Shown here one piece after another: positions 19,735 to 29,576 of a stretch of DNA of 64,000 bases (position 1 is the stretch's first letter; the number at the start of each line of letters is the position of its first letter). The position numbers and the translations under genes are program-made. The stretch is from Bdellovibrionales bacterium (GTDB lineage Bacteria; Bdellovibrionota; Bdellovibrionia; Bdellovibrionales; JAGQZY01), in assembly GCA_964230645.1 (NCBI GenBank), contig CAXRHT010000002.1, forward strand, positions 1,280,001 to 1,344,000, in the 5' to 3' direction. The notes below the pieces were generated by a model, which was not told the DNA's origin, did no database searches, and worked only from the letters and a program-made list of their open reading frames with translations.

Positions 19735-20280
19735 TTAGCTTAAGGAGGCTCTCTGGGTCTCTTGCTTTTCTTGTGTAGGACCTTTTGAAATTATTTTACC
19801 AGGGATTCCTGCAACTGTGACTCCCTCAGGAGCATTCATCATTACCACAGAATTCGCTCCCACTTTCACATTGTTTTCAAGCGTAATGGGTCCAAGTATT
19901 TTTGCCCCAGCCCCCACCATAACATTGTTTTTTAGGGTTGGATGACGTTTGACTCTATTGTTGCTCACTCCACCGAGAGTCACTCCGTGATAAAGCACAC
20001 AGTCGTCTCCAACTTCCGCTGTTTCTCCGACAACAATTCCCGCTCCGTGGTCAATGACGAGGCGACGACCGATTTTTGCACCTGGATGAATTTCGATCAG
20101 GGTAAGGACTCTAGAAATTTCGGATATCAAGCGCGCAATGAAGTAGAGTTTTAATTTATAAAAAAAGTGAGCCATCCGGTGCATAAACATGGCTTTGGGT
20201 CCTGGATAAAGGAGAGCCACTTCGAAAATTGATCGAGCGGCAGGATCATAATTTTTATAGGCTTTTAAAAAATCGATCAT
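19735..20280 (-). CDS. cysE: serine O-acetyltransferase
   Basis: DPAARS, IEIHPGAKIG, IDHGAG, GVTLGG, RHPTL hexapeptide repeats. Confidence 0.93.
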   Translation of the reverse strand: MIDFLKAYKNYDPAARSIFEVALLYPGPKAMFMHRMAHFFYKLKLYFIARLISEISRVLTLIEIHPGAKIGRRLVIDHGAGIVVGETAEVGDDCVLYHGVTLGGVSNNRVKRHPTLKNNVMVGAGAKILGPITLENNVKVGANSVVMMNAPEGVTVAGIPGKIISKGPTQEKQETQRASLS

Positions 20281-21245
20281 GAATCAGAGTCTTTGAAATT
20301 GTTTTTATAAAAGTGACGAGTGTATAAGTTATTAAAAGATGTCCAATCACCCTCACCGGAATGATCCTGGCCCATAAACTGAGTGATTGAATCAACTTTT
20401 GAATCAAAATCGTCGATCATCCAAACCACATAAGCCTCAAGCATCATGGGTACTTTAGGAGATCCGTATTCGAGTTTTCCATGGTGACTTAAAATGATGT
20501 GTTTTAAAACCATGATCAGATCCTCTGGAAACCCCATTATTTGACTGGCTTTTTTATCTACAAGCTCAGCTGACATCACCAAATGCCCAACAAGTCTTCC
20601 CTGGTCGGTGTAGCGGATGCCTTTTTTGGTCCACTCCAACTCCCAAATCTTTCCAATGTCGTGGAAGATGGCTCCAAAAATTAACAAATCAAAGTTCAAC
20701 TGTGGGTACTGCTTCGCCACAAACACCATAATTTTACTGATGGAAAGAATGTGATCAATCAAACCACCCACTTTTACATGATGAATCGATTTCGCGGCTG
20801 GTGATTTCAAAAGCCTTTCTTTAACTTGAGGGTCGTCTAATGTACTTTTGATGAGTTGCTTAATGGGCTCGGATTGAACTTGATTGACGATTTGAAGGAG
20901 TTCTTGCAACACCTCCTCGGGAGACTGACTGATCTCACCGACATAGTCTTCAAAATTTAAGTCCTCATCTTTAATAGGGTCAATACGATGAATGATCACC
21001 TGCTTTTTGTTCTGAAAAAGTTGAACCTGACCTTTGACAATAACTATATCGCCCGACTCAAAAGTATTTTTCATTCGTTCGATATTGTCCCAAATCTTGG
21101 CATCAACACTACCACTTTTATCACTAAGATAAAGAGATATATAGGGATTGCCCTTTTTGTCGGTAAGAACTGTCTTATTTTTTGCTAGAAATGTGGTGTG
21201 CAGACTTTGCTTATCTTCCAAGTCTGCAACGAATAACTTCTCCAT
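20277..21245 (-). CDS. yhaM: 3'-5' exoribonuclease YhaM family (OB-fold + HD domain)
   Basis: N-terminal OB fold (DKSGSVDAKIWD), PAAKSIHH, FHDIGK, ILSHHG.LEYGSP. Confidence 0.88.
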   Translation of the reverse strand: MEKLFVADLEDKQSLHTTFLAKNKTVLTDKKGNPYISLYLSDKSGSVDAKIWDNIERMKNTFESGDIVIVKGQVQLFQNKKQVIIHRIDPIKDEDLNFEDYVGEISQSPEEVLQELLQIVNQVQSEPIKQLIKSTLDDPQVKERLLKSPAAKSIHHVKVGGLIDHILSISKIMVFVAKQYPQLNFDLLIFGAIFHDIGKIWELEWTKKGIRYTDQGRLVGHLVMSAELVDKKASQIMGFPEDLIMVLKHIILSHHGKLEYGSPKVPMMLEAYVVWMIDDFDSKVDSITQFMGQDHSGEGDWTSFNNLYTRHFYKNNFKDSDS

Positions 21246-21251
21246 AAACCC

Positions 21252-21914
21252 CTAATTGCCTTTGCATTGAAAACTCGGATAGCGACTATCCGTGAGGCGA
21301 ATATAGCCCAAGTAGAGTCGTTCTTCAATAAGCTGAAAGAAGATGTATGTCCCTGCCATTAGATGCAGATAATGGCGACGAGAGGCCGTTAAATTGACTC
21401 CTGAGCCATAGGTAAACACATCAGCCTTCTCACTGAGGTCAAAAATCTTGCCACAGCCATTGCCCCAGGCATTGCCCTCTTTGACCTCTCCCGGCGACTC
21501 ACTCACATAAAGCAAATGAAAATTCTTTTCTTCTTGAAAATCTGGCACCATGCGAAGCTGAAATGGGCCCTTGCCAGAAAGATAATCGAAAAAATCAATC
21601 TCTCCGCCCCCTTCCACAAAATTGAGGCGATAATTGAGGCCACCTCTCAATACAACGTTGTTTTCGCTATAAAGCTCAACACCCACAGATATGGGAAGAA
21701 CAGAAAAATTCTCAAGGATTTTTTTATCAGCCCCATCGGCTTTCATGCCTTCTTTAATCAAGGCCCACACTTTCCGAGGCACCTGGATGTTTTGGTAATT
21801 AAAGGGCATATCGATCACTTTCCAAGAGGACCCCTCCTCTATTTCCTGGGAAAGTGTAGGTGAGGCAACCAAAATGACAATGAAAATAGTGATGAAAAAT
21901 CTTATTTTTTTCAC
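21252..21914 (-). CDS. secreted hypothetical protein
   Basis: Signal peptide, two Cys, lies within the operon. Confidence 0.75.
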   Translation of the reverse strand: MKKIRFFITIFIVILVASPTLSQEIEEGSSWKVIDMPFNYQNIQVPRKVWALIKEGMKADGADKKILENFSVLPISVGVELYSENNVVLRGGLNYRLNFVEGGGEIDFFDYLSGKGPFQLRMVPDFQEEKNFHLLYVSESPGEVKEGNAWGNGCGKIFDLSEKADVFTYGSGVNLTASRRHYLHLMAGTYIFFQLIEERLYLGYIRLTDSRYPSFQCKGN

Positions 21915-21930
21915 TGGTCCTCCTCTAAAA

Positions 21931-23658
21931 CTAAAGCTTTTTTTGCATTTTCAATAAAGGCGCAAAATTGGGGGATTGACCCAGTCCCTCTCTAATCGAA
22001 GCTCGTGATTCACTTCGGTTGTCTTTGAGCAGCAAACTCGCGTTCCCCCAATGGGAATAAAGAAGGGAGAGATGCTTTGAGTGCTGCCCTTTGAAAATAG
22101 CACGTCCACAGTTCATGTCACCAGCAACCAGACAGCCTCTTAAGATCGTTTCGATCAGAGGCTTCTGTTGATCCATTTGGGAGAGAAAGCCTAAACTATT
22201 TTTGGCTTGAGACAGCTCTTCGAGTTTCAATAAAGACGAAGCATAAAGAGCTTGCAGAATCCCGTCCTCGTTTTGCTGAGACAAAAGGTCTTCAAAAATA
22301 TTCTTTGCTTCAATTGTGCGACGAACTTTTAAAAGGCAAAAACCATTGAGTAGCTTACTATGAAAATCACCAAGTCCGGATGCCAACTTATTGCACATGG
22401 GAATAAAATCTAGCCAATTGAAGCCCTGAAAGTCTATGAGAGGATCATGTACGTGAAGATTGGTCAGCTCAAAATCAATTTTAAGAAAATTCTTAACATG
22501 TTTGAGTAAATTCTCTGGCTCTGAATCTAATTTTGAATTCGCGATAGCAACAAGAAAGGCCACCTCTTGTTTAAAATCATAGTGCCTCTGCGCGAATTGA
22601 TCGGCGACCGATAAAACCTCAGAAAGGATGGCATCATCTTCGTTTTTTAGTCCTAGCTCAAGCAGAGCTCTGATATAAAAAAAGTGTGCGACAGATTTTT
22701 CTTTGTTTTCGGCAACGACCTGTCTCATTAGGGAAACGGCTTGCTCAGCTTTCTGTACTTTCATAAGAGCATAAGCTTTATTTAATTGAGCTGGCATGAA
22801 TTGATTGTCAAAATTCAATGCCTCATCGTAATTTGCCAAAGCTTCGGCAAATTTACCTCGGTAAGAATAAGAGAGTCCAACTATATTGTTGCCAATTTTA
22901 TTAATTGTCTTTTGGCGACTTTTTGCCAACATACTTTCGATATTTGTTTGGACCTGATTGAATTGCCCACCAAACTGGATGGCTAGTGGTGACATCTCAA
23001 TAAGTAGATTCGAGTCATTGGGTGAAATATTGTAGGCCTTGGAAAAGTTTTTAAGAGCTTTCTCATACTCTCCCACCTTAAGGTTTTCCATGCCTGCATC
23101 TGTAAACTGATCGAAGGCTGAAATTTTTTGCTCAATAAGTTTACTCTGCTTGAACTCATAGACTAGATAACCGGCTCCCCCGATCACTAGCAAAAGAAAG
23201 CTAAAGACAAAAACAAGAGGAAAACGCTTTTTCTGACTCTGAGCTGATCTGTGTACCGCCGAATTTGGCGGAATGGGAGCTTCCATGGCCTGCGGTGGTT
23301 GATAAACCCTTGTGGGCTCCATATTATCTTCTTCGCCATGAATATGGGGCGTTTCTGTTGCCGTTTCCTGATCAATGACGGAAACCGTCTGAGTCGGTGT
23401 GTCGGTTTTGGTATGAATATCAAGAGTTGCCGTCATGGTATGCTCACCACGGGCCTGATAAGTACTCGCCTTTAACTTTTCTATGGCTGCGGCAAATAGA
23501 GAATGATCTTTAATTGGGCGCCATCTTTCAAAAGGACCTTTGATTTCATCAAGAAGGTGGATATCACCATTAAATATGTTCTCAACCACACGATCAAATT
23601 CATAAGGACCAAGAACGCTATCATTTGATTTTACTAACCATTGTTTGTCTGCGTTCAT
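21931..23658 (-). CDS. membrane-anchored TPR protein with N-terminal GYF_2-like domain
   Basis: WLVKSNDSVLGPY N-terminus, low-complexity linker, one TM helix (FPLVFVFSFLLLVIGGAGYLVY), then TPR-like helices. Confidence 0.75.
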   Translation of the reverse strand: MNADKQWLVKSNDSVLGPYEFDRVVENIFNGDIHLLDEIKGPFERWRPIKDHSLFAAAIEKLKASTYQARGEHTMTATLDIHTKTDTPTQTVSVIDQETATETPHIHGEEDNMEPTRVYQPPQAMEAPIPPNSAVHRSAQSQKKRFPLVFVFSFLLLVIGGAGYLVYEFKQSKLIEQKISAFDQFTDAGMENLKVGEYEKALKNFSKAYNISPNDSNLLIEMSPLAIQFGGQFNQVQTNIESMLAKSRQKTINKIGNNIVGLSYSYRGKFAEALANYDEALNFDNQFMPAQLNKAYALMKVQKAEQAVSLMRQVVAENKEKSVAHFFYIRALLELGLKNEDDAILSEVLSVADQFAQRHYDFKQEVAFLVAIANSKLDSEPENLLKHVKNFLKIDFELTNLHVHDPLIDFQGFNWLDFIPMCNKLASGLGDFHSKLLNGFCLLKVRRTIEAKNIFEDLLSQQNEDGILQALYASSLLKLEELSQAKNSLGFLSQMDQQKPLIETILRGCLVAGDMNCGRAIFKGQHSKHLSLLYSHWGNASLLLKDNRSESRASIREGLGQSPNFAPLLKMQKKL

Positions 23659-23674
23659 ATCCCCACCCTAACCA

Positions 23675-25162
23675 TCAGTGCCTGAAGTGCCTTCGGCCTG
23701 TAAAGACCATAGGAATGTTCAATTCTTTGGCTTTGGCTATGACAGCCTCATCTTTGATCGATCCTCCTGGTTGAATGATCGCTTTCACGCCATGCTTGGC
23801 CGCCAATTCGATCGAGTCTGGAAAAGGGAAAAAGGCATCACTGGCCAGATAAAGATTTTTTTCTTCGGGATGAAACTGCTTTGAACGGGCAAAGGCCTGC
23901 TCAACAGCATCCACTCGATTGACCTGCCCCATACCAAGTCCTAAAGATTGATTCTCGTTGGTTACAGAGATCGCGTTACTTTTTAAACAAGAACAAATCT
24001 TCCAGGAAAACTCTAGGGCTTTCCAATCTTTCTCACTGAGTTCTCCGCTAACAAGCTTCCAGCTATCACTGCGCTCGGCCACTTGGTCCGGCGTTTGTAT
24101 CACTTCGCCGCCAAGAATAGTGCGAGTTAAGTTTTCTAAATCTTGCTTTTTGTGATCGGGCATCTCTGGCCACTCTAAAATGCGCAGGTTCTTTTTAGTT
24201 TTAAAATGTTCTTTTGCCTCTTTAGAAAACTGCGGCGCCACCACACATTCCAAAAAAAGCTGTGTTAACATTTTTGCGCATTCAAGGTCGACCTCTTCAT
24301 TAAGAGCGATGATTCCGCCAAAAACGCTGACCGGATCGGCTTTTAATGACTTTTCTAGAGCTGTTTGAATATCTTCGGCTGTGGCCGCTCCGCAAGGATT
24401 ATTGTGTTTGACTGAAATCACACAGGGCTTATCGAACAAGAAAAGAGCTCTTAATGCTGCATCTAAATCGAGAAGATTATTATAGGAGAGTTCTTTACCT
24501 TGAAGAATTTCCGCTTGGTGAAGTCCCCAGTGGGTCCGGCTTTGCCACCATCCCTGTTGCTGAGGGTTTTCGCCATAGCGAAGTTCTTTAATCTCTCCAT
24601 CACCGCTCAAATAGCTTTGTATAAGATGATCATATTCGCTCACATGACGAAAAACTTTTGCGGCTAGTTTCTGACGATCGGCTTTGTTGAGTTCTTTTTT
24701 TTCGCTTACCCATTTGTAGTCACTGGGGTCGCAAAGAACGGTAACACTTTCAAAGTTTTTTGCCGCAGCCCTTAACAACGTGGGTCCACCAATATCAATC
24801 TTTTCAATCATCTCTTCCGCACTGGCTTTTTGCTCCAATGCCTCCCGAAAGGGATAAAGATTGACGAGGACAAGGTCAAAGGCCTCTAAGTTATACTCAC
24901 TCAAGGTTTTTTGATCTTCAGGAACGGATTGTCTTTGTAGTAGTGGCATATGGATATGGGGATGAAGGGTTTTCACTCGCCCGCCCATGACCTCTGGAAA
25001 CTGGGTCTGATCGCTGACCTTGACCACTTCAAAGCCTTTTTCTTCCAAATACCGAGCTGTACCACCTGAGGAAACAATTCTTAATCCCTTTTCACTCAAG
25101 GGTTTTAAAAATTCTTCAAGACCTTCTTTATTTGAAACACTGACTAGGGCATTTTTATACAT
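23675..25162 (-). CDS. purH: bifunctional AICAR transformylase/IMP cyclohydrolase
   Basis: ALVSVSNK, GGRVKTLHP, IDIGGP, RYGENP, KHNNPCG, ASDAFFPF, RHFRH. Confidence 0.97.
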   Translation of the reverse strand: MYKNALVSVSNKEGLEEFLKPLSEKGLRIVSSGGTARYLEEKGFEVVKVSDQTQFPEVMGGRVKTLHPHIHMPLLQRQSVPEDQKTLSEYNLEAFDLVLVNLYPFREALEQKASAEEMIEKIDIGGPTLLRAAAKNFESVTVLCDPSDYKWVSEKKELNKADRQKLAAKVFRHVSEYDHLIQSYLSGDGEIKELRYGENPQQQGWWQSRTHWGLHQAEILQGKELSYNNLLDLDAALRALFLFDKPCVISVKHNNPCGAATAEDIQTALEKSLKADPVSVFGGIIALNEEVDLECAKMLTQLFLECVVAPQFSKEAKEHFKTKKNLRILEWPEMPDHKKQDLENLTRTILGGEVIQTPDQVAERSDSWKLVSGELSEKDWKALEFSWKICSCLKSNAISVTNENQSLGLGMGQVNRVDAVEQAFARSKQFHPEEKNLYLASDAFFPFPDSIELAAKHGVKAIIQPGGSIKDEAVIAKAKELNIPMVFTGRRHFRH

Positions 25163-25171
25163 CGCTCTTCC

Positions 25172-26548
25172 TTAGAAACTCATGGTTGATAGAAGAACTT
25201 TTATATCGTCGTTTGTCAGATAGAGTCCAGCTCCAATGAAGCTCGACGCATTGTCATTTCCGTTGGCAAAAATGTACTGCTGCCCACCAACGACATACAT
25301 TCCTTTAAAGAAACTGTAGCGAAGGTAGGCGCGAACATTAGGTGTTTGAAAATCAAAGGCATCAAAAGAGGCGCGAAAACGGTTATTGTAGAAGTTGTAT
25401 TCCACTCCCAAACCACCACGAGACTCCATCATTCCTCCCTTAATGGTCCAATTGTAGAATTTTTTACCGAATAGAGCCGTTAGACGTAATTTGTAATCAT
25501 GTCGGGTTTCTTGAACCGTCGTCACAGGAGCTGCACCATCCACTGTGTTTGTTTGAGAAAATCTTGTGATGACTCCGTCAGGAGAGGTAATTCCAGCCAA
25601 CTCATAAAAACGGTCTAAGCCTGGCTGAATACGCACGCCAATGTAAGATCTTACACCATCACCATTCATCAAAACGTGAGAGTAGTAATCGAAGTTTGTT
25701 TGAAGTTTATTACCAGCATCAATAAAATTGTTAATTCCTTCGATCGCTGTATTGACCTGCTCAACCGTTTCCTCGTCGTTAATTAATCGTCCAATGGTTC
25801 CTTCCCCACGATTAATTTTCCCAGATATTTCATCGATATTTCCAAGGGCACTCTCTAGGCGTTCCATGGAGGAATTAAAGCGTGCTCGGAAGCCGTCATC
25901 ACTACGGTCATTGATCATTTCATCCAAAGAGGCTGTCACATTATTGAGGTGATCAATAAGATCTCCCACCTCATCCTTTTTGTCTGCCATAAGGTCGGAA
26001 AGATCAGTGGTGATCCTTTCTATATTCTTGACGATCTTACCAATGGGCTTAGTATCATCGCCTTCTGTGGCGTCTCGAATATTATCGATCACCTCACCTA
26101 AGCTTTGAGTGATTTTACTGACCTCTGTAACGATTCGATCAAGGGATGCGTTGTCTTCAACAACAACGATTTGCTCTTTGTTTTCTAATACGGGGTCATT
26201 CATGGAACCAGGAATGATTTCAATATGTTTGTCACCAAGAATCCCGTTGGCACGCACTTCAATTTTTGAAGACTGGGTCAAAACGACATCCGGTCGAATG
26301 GCCATAAGAACAACGGCCTTCCCCTCTTTAAGCTGAATGTCTTCAATGATACCGACCCGGATTCCAGCCACGTTCACTGGAGAGTTTTTGATCAGCCCCC
26401 CGGCATTTTCGATTTCAAACCAAATTCTTTTGGTTCCGCCGATAAAGTTGGGGCTTTCACTCACACGCATGGACATCACACCCACAAGGCAGGCTACCAC
26501 AATGACCAGCATTCCAACTTTGAATTCGGGGGTGCGAAGAAGATTCAT
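25172..26548 (-). CDS. mlaD: MCE/MlaD family protein with long helical region and probable C-terminal beta-barrel
   Basis: N-terminal TM helix, MCE domain (AGGLIKNSPVNVAGIRVG, GILGDKHIEIIPG), helical repeats (GTIGRLIND), aromatic beta-strand-rich C-terminus. Confidence 0.88.
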   Translation of the reverse strand: MNLLRTPEFKVGMLVIVVACLVGVMSMRVSESPNFIGGTKRIWFEIENAGGLIKNSPVNVAGIRVGIIEDIQLKEGKAVVLMAIRPDVVLTQSSKIEVRANGILGDKHIEIIPGSMNDPVLENKEQIVVVEDNASLDRIVTEVSKITQSLGEVIDNIRDATEGDDTKPIGKIVKNIERITTDLSDLMADKKDEVGDLIDHLNNVTASLDEMINDRSDDGFRARFNSSMERLESALGNIDEISGKINRGEGTIGRLINDEETVEQVNTAIEGINNFIDAGNKLQTNFDYYSHVLMNGDGVRSYIGVRIQPGLDRFYELAGITSPDGVITRFSQTNTVDGAAPVTTVQETRHDYKLRLTALFGKKFYNWTIKGGMMESRGGLGVEYNFYNNRFRASFDAFDFQTPNVRAYLRYSFFKGMYVVGGQQYIFANGNDNASSFIGAGLYLTNDDIKVLLSTMSF

Positions 26549-27309
26549 TTCTTGCGAACTCCTTTAGAAACAAAACGTGAGACTAAAGGGTTATCGGATT
26601 CCATAAAATCTTTTGGAGTCCCGTAAAGTAATACCTTGCCGCTGTCTAACATTGCTACATAATCTCCGATGCGAAAAGCTGCATGTAAGTCATGGGACAC
26701 CACCAATGACGCAGTGTCCTCTTTATGATTATGCGTGCTTAGAATCAAATTATCCACCATTTCCGTTAAAATTGGATCAAGACCCGTCGTTGGTTCGTCA
26801 TAAACCAGGATATCTGGATCTAGGGCCAAGGCACGAGCTAGACCACAACGCTTTCTCATTCCTCCCGAAACTTCGCCCGGCAATTTGTTGTAGTGCTTTT
26901 CGTCCAGTCCTGATTGCTTGAGCTTTTCGTAAGCAATCTCTTTTACTTGGTTTTTTGATAATTCTTTACGATGTTCGTTGAGTGGAAATTTCACGTTCTC
27001 AAGAATTGTTCGGTCGTCAAAAAGTGCGGCGTACTGAAACAAAACACCAAAATGTTTTCTCATTTTGACTGTCTCAGCATCACTCATTTTAGAAATATCT
27101 CGTCCTAAAATTTTAATGCTTCCCGCTGTCGGTTTAAGCAAACCAAGGATGTGTTTGAGAAGAACACTTTTTCCCGTTCCGCTAAAACCAATAATAACGG
27201 TGATCTTTCCTTTTGGAATTTCTAAGTTGATACCATTAAGAACATAATCCCCTTCGGTGAAGGATTTTTTTAGATTATTAATCTCAATGGCATTTTCTTT
27301 CTCGCCCAT
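26545..27309 (-). CDS. mlaF: MlaF-type ABC transporter ATPase
   Basis: GFSGTGKS Walker A, VSGGMRKR signature, YDEPTTGLDP, VSHD; context between mlaE and mlaD. Confidence 0.92.
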   Translation of the reverse strand: MGEKENAIEINNLKKSFTEGDYVLNGINLEIPKGKITVIIGFSGTGKSVLLKHILGLLKPTAGSIKILGRDISKMSDAETVKMRKHFGVLFQYAALFDDRTILENVKFPLNEHRKELSKNQVKEIAYEKLKQSGLDEKHYNKLPGEVSGGMRKRCGLARALALDPDILVYDEPTTGLDPILTEMVDNLILSTHNHKEDTASLVVSHDLHAAFRIGDYVAMLDSGKVLLYGTPKDFMESDNPLVSRFVSKGVRKK

Positions 27310-27328
27310 AGGCCCTGCTGCTTCTCCA

Positions 27329-28156
27329 TCATGCTGTCAATTTGTAGTAAATCTCGATAAGGTTCATTAAAAAGAAATCTAGAATAATAATCATAACCAT
27401 ACTAAGGACAACACCTCGGTTGGTGGCATCCCCAACACCGCGAGCCCCCCCACTGGTGTTGTAGCCTCTATAGCAGCAGATCAAAGAGAAAACCGCTCCG
27501 AAGACCGCACCCTTTATTAAGCCCTCATTGATGTGGGCTGGGTTGAGCCAAAGAGCTGTTTTATCCCAGAAGATCGCCTCATCCATTTCCAAAACTCGAA
27601 TACATAAAAAGTAGGAGCCGATCATGGCCACAAAATCAAAAACTCCTGTTAGTAGTGGAAGAGAAATGATTGAGGCCCATAACCTTGGAGCCACCAAATA
27701 TTCTTGAGGGTCAACTCCCATTACTTCGAGGGCATCGATCTGCTCGGACACACGCATGGACCCAAGGTTGGCGGCCATAGCTCCACCGGCACGGGCGGCT
27801 ACAATTAATCCGGTTAGTACAGGACCTAACTCTCTTGCGATACCCATAGCGACAATGGGACCTGTTAAACTGGTTGCATTGACAAGGCGAAAACCGAGAT
27901 AGACTTGAAAAGATAAGGCCATTCCAGTGAATGTCCCCGTGAGAACAACAATAAAAATGGATTTGTTCCCAATGAACTCCATCTGCTGAATGAACTCTTT
28001 AAAACGATAGGGCTTTGAAAAAAAGGTTTTAAGAGAGTAGGCTCCAAACGAAAAAACCGCCCCAACTTCATAAATAAAACCTTCAATGGTTTCCCAGATG
28101 GTCCCAAAAACAAGGTCAAAAAAATCATTAACCTTTTGCCTAACCGTTTCGCTCAA
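27329..28156 (-). CDS. mlaE: MlaE-type ABC transporter permease
   Basis: RELGPVLTG, GSMRVSEQIDALEVMGVDP, GGARGVG motifs. Confidence 0.93.
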   Translation of the reverse strand: MSETVRQKVNDFFDLVFGTIWETIEGFIYEVGAVFSFGAYSLKTFFSKPYRFKEFIQQMEFIGNKSIFIVVLTGTFTGMALSFQVYLGFRLVNATSLTGPIVAMGIARELGPVLTGLIVAARAGGAMAANLGSMRVSEQIDALEVMGVDPQEYLVAPRLWASIISLPLLTGVFDFVAMIGSYFLCIRVLEMDEAIFWDKTALWLNPAHINEGLIKGAVFGAVFSLICCYRGYNTSGGARGVGDATNRGVVLSMVMIIILDFFLMNLIEIYYKLTA

Positions 28157-28158
28157 AC

Positions 28159-29286
28159 TTATTCTCCGTAGTGCCTTGGCACTCTCTCACTAATTCCCGT
28201 TACCACTTCATAAGTGATGCGTCCGGCTTTCCTGGAGAACTCTTCCACCAGGATTTCTTCTTGCCCCTGTTTACCAATAAGGACCACCTCTTCACCGATG
28301 AGATCTTTTTTCGGAGTTAACCCAGAAAGATCCACCATAGTGTAGTCCATGCAAACACGTCCTCGAATGGGAACTCTTTTTTCTCGCACAAGAAACTCCC
28401 CTTCATTGGATAGGCTGCGGCAAACACCATCGGCGTACCCAGCCGGAACAATTCCAATCAAAGAGTCTTTGGAAGCTTTCCAAGTTCCACCGTAAGACAC
28501 CACTTCTCCTGATTTTACTTCCTGAGTCGCAACAATTTTAGACTTATACTCCATAACAGGACTAACGAGAGGCTTCATCGGCAGATCCTCTTCCGGATCA
28601 ATACCATAGGATAGGAGACCCGGACGCAGTCCGTACTCAAGATTGAGACCTTCTAAATGAAGCCTGGCTGTGGCTGCCGAATTATAAGCGTGGAGAAAAA
28701 CTGAGGAGTTTTGAAACTGCTGGTAAGCTTTTTTGAAGTTTATAAGTTGCTGATCTGTGGATGAGCCAGTGAGATGAATATTGTCTCCTGAGGCCAAGTG
28801 AGTGCAAAGCCCCTGGACCTTTAGGTGGGAGTTTTTCGCAAGGCTCTTTTTAAGTGCCTCTAATTCACTCAATTGAAAGCCTAAGCGATTCATACCGGTA
28901 TTGAATTTTAAATGGATTTTTGTGTCGGTCTTGGCTTGCTTAACAAGTTCTCCAAGTTGATCAAAGTTTGAAACAATAGCAACAAAATTATTTTTTAGGA
29001 TCTCTTCGACGGCTTCTTTTCCAGTAAAGTTAAACACTAATAAATGAGCTTTCACTCCGCTGATATAAAGACCTATGGCCTCTTCTACCGAAGACACTCC
29101 CAAAAATTGACAGTTTAATTTTTCAACTAGAGTTTGGCTGACAGCCACATCACCATGTCCGTAGGCATTGGCCTTCACCATAGGGCAAAGAAAGCCAGAT
29201 GGTTTTGAAAGTTTTTTTAATTCTTTATAGTTTTCCACCAGGCGATCGAGATGAATAACAAGATGGGTGGGGCGCAGCTGATCCAT
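28159..29286 (-). CDS. alr: alanine racemase
   Basis: MVKANAYGHG (PLP lysine), KFNTGMNRLG, SYGG, GYADG, GRVCMD. Confidence 0.96.
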   Translation of the reverse strand: MDQLRPTHLVIHLDRLVENYKELKKLSKPSGFLCPMVKANAYGHGDVAVSQTLVEKLNCQFLGVSSVEEAIGLYISGVKAHLLVFNFTGKEAVEEILKNNFVAIVSNFDQLGELVKQAKTDTKIHLKFNTGMNRLGFQLSELEALKKSLAKNSHLKVQGLCTHLASGDNIHLTGSSTDQQLINFKKAYQQFQNSSVFLHAYNSAATARLHLEGLNLEYGLRPGLLSYGIDPEEDLPMKPLVSPVMEYKSKIVATQEVKSGEVVSYGGTWKASKDSLIGIVPAGYADGVCRSLSNEGEFLVREKRVPIRGRVCMDYTMVDLSGLTPKKDLIGEEVVLIGKQGQEEILVEEFSRKAGRITYEVVTGISERVPRHYGE

Positions 29287-29543
29287 GGTTGTATTTTATC
29301 GAGCCTCAATGCTTTTGGGCTGTCACAGTGCAGAAGGTTTTTTTGTAAAAAATCATAGTTGAAACCCACTAACTTCTCTCATTTCCTCAAGAAATTTTAT
29401 TTTTCTATTCTCACTTTGAGAATTTTAATTCACTTTTTCTAGCAAGGGATCTTCCTTGGAAGACAGATTAAACGGACTTGAGAAACCCTATTCTCATTTG
29501 GCGACACACTCTAAAAAACTGGCACAAAATAGCCCCGTATTTT

Positions 29544-29570
29544 TTCACTTTTCTCTTATATTGCCGATAA
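29544..29570 (+). promoter_or_regulatory. sigma28 (FliA)-type promoter of the 1809-aa fibre gene
   Basis: Perfect -10 GCCGATAA at 29563-29570, 6 nt before the GTG start. The -35 (TTCA at N15) is weak. Confidence 0.65.
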
Positions 29571-29576
29571 GTATAT

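Noticed and set aside
29520..29533. sigma54 promoter TGGCAC...GC upstream of the second fibre gene
   Set aside because: GG-to-GC spacing is 9 nt rather than the required 10.
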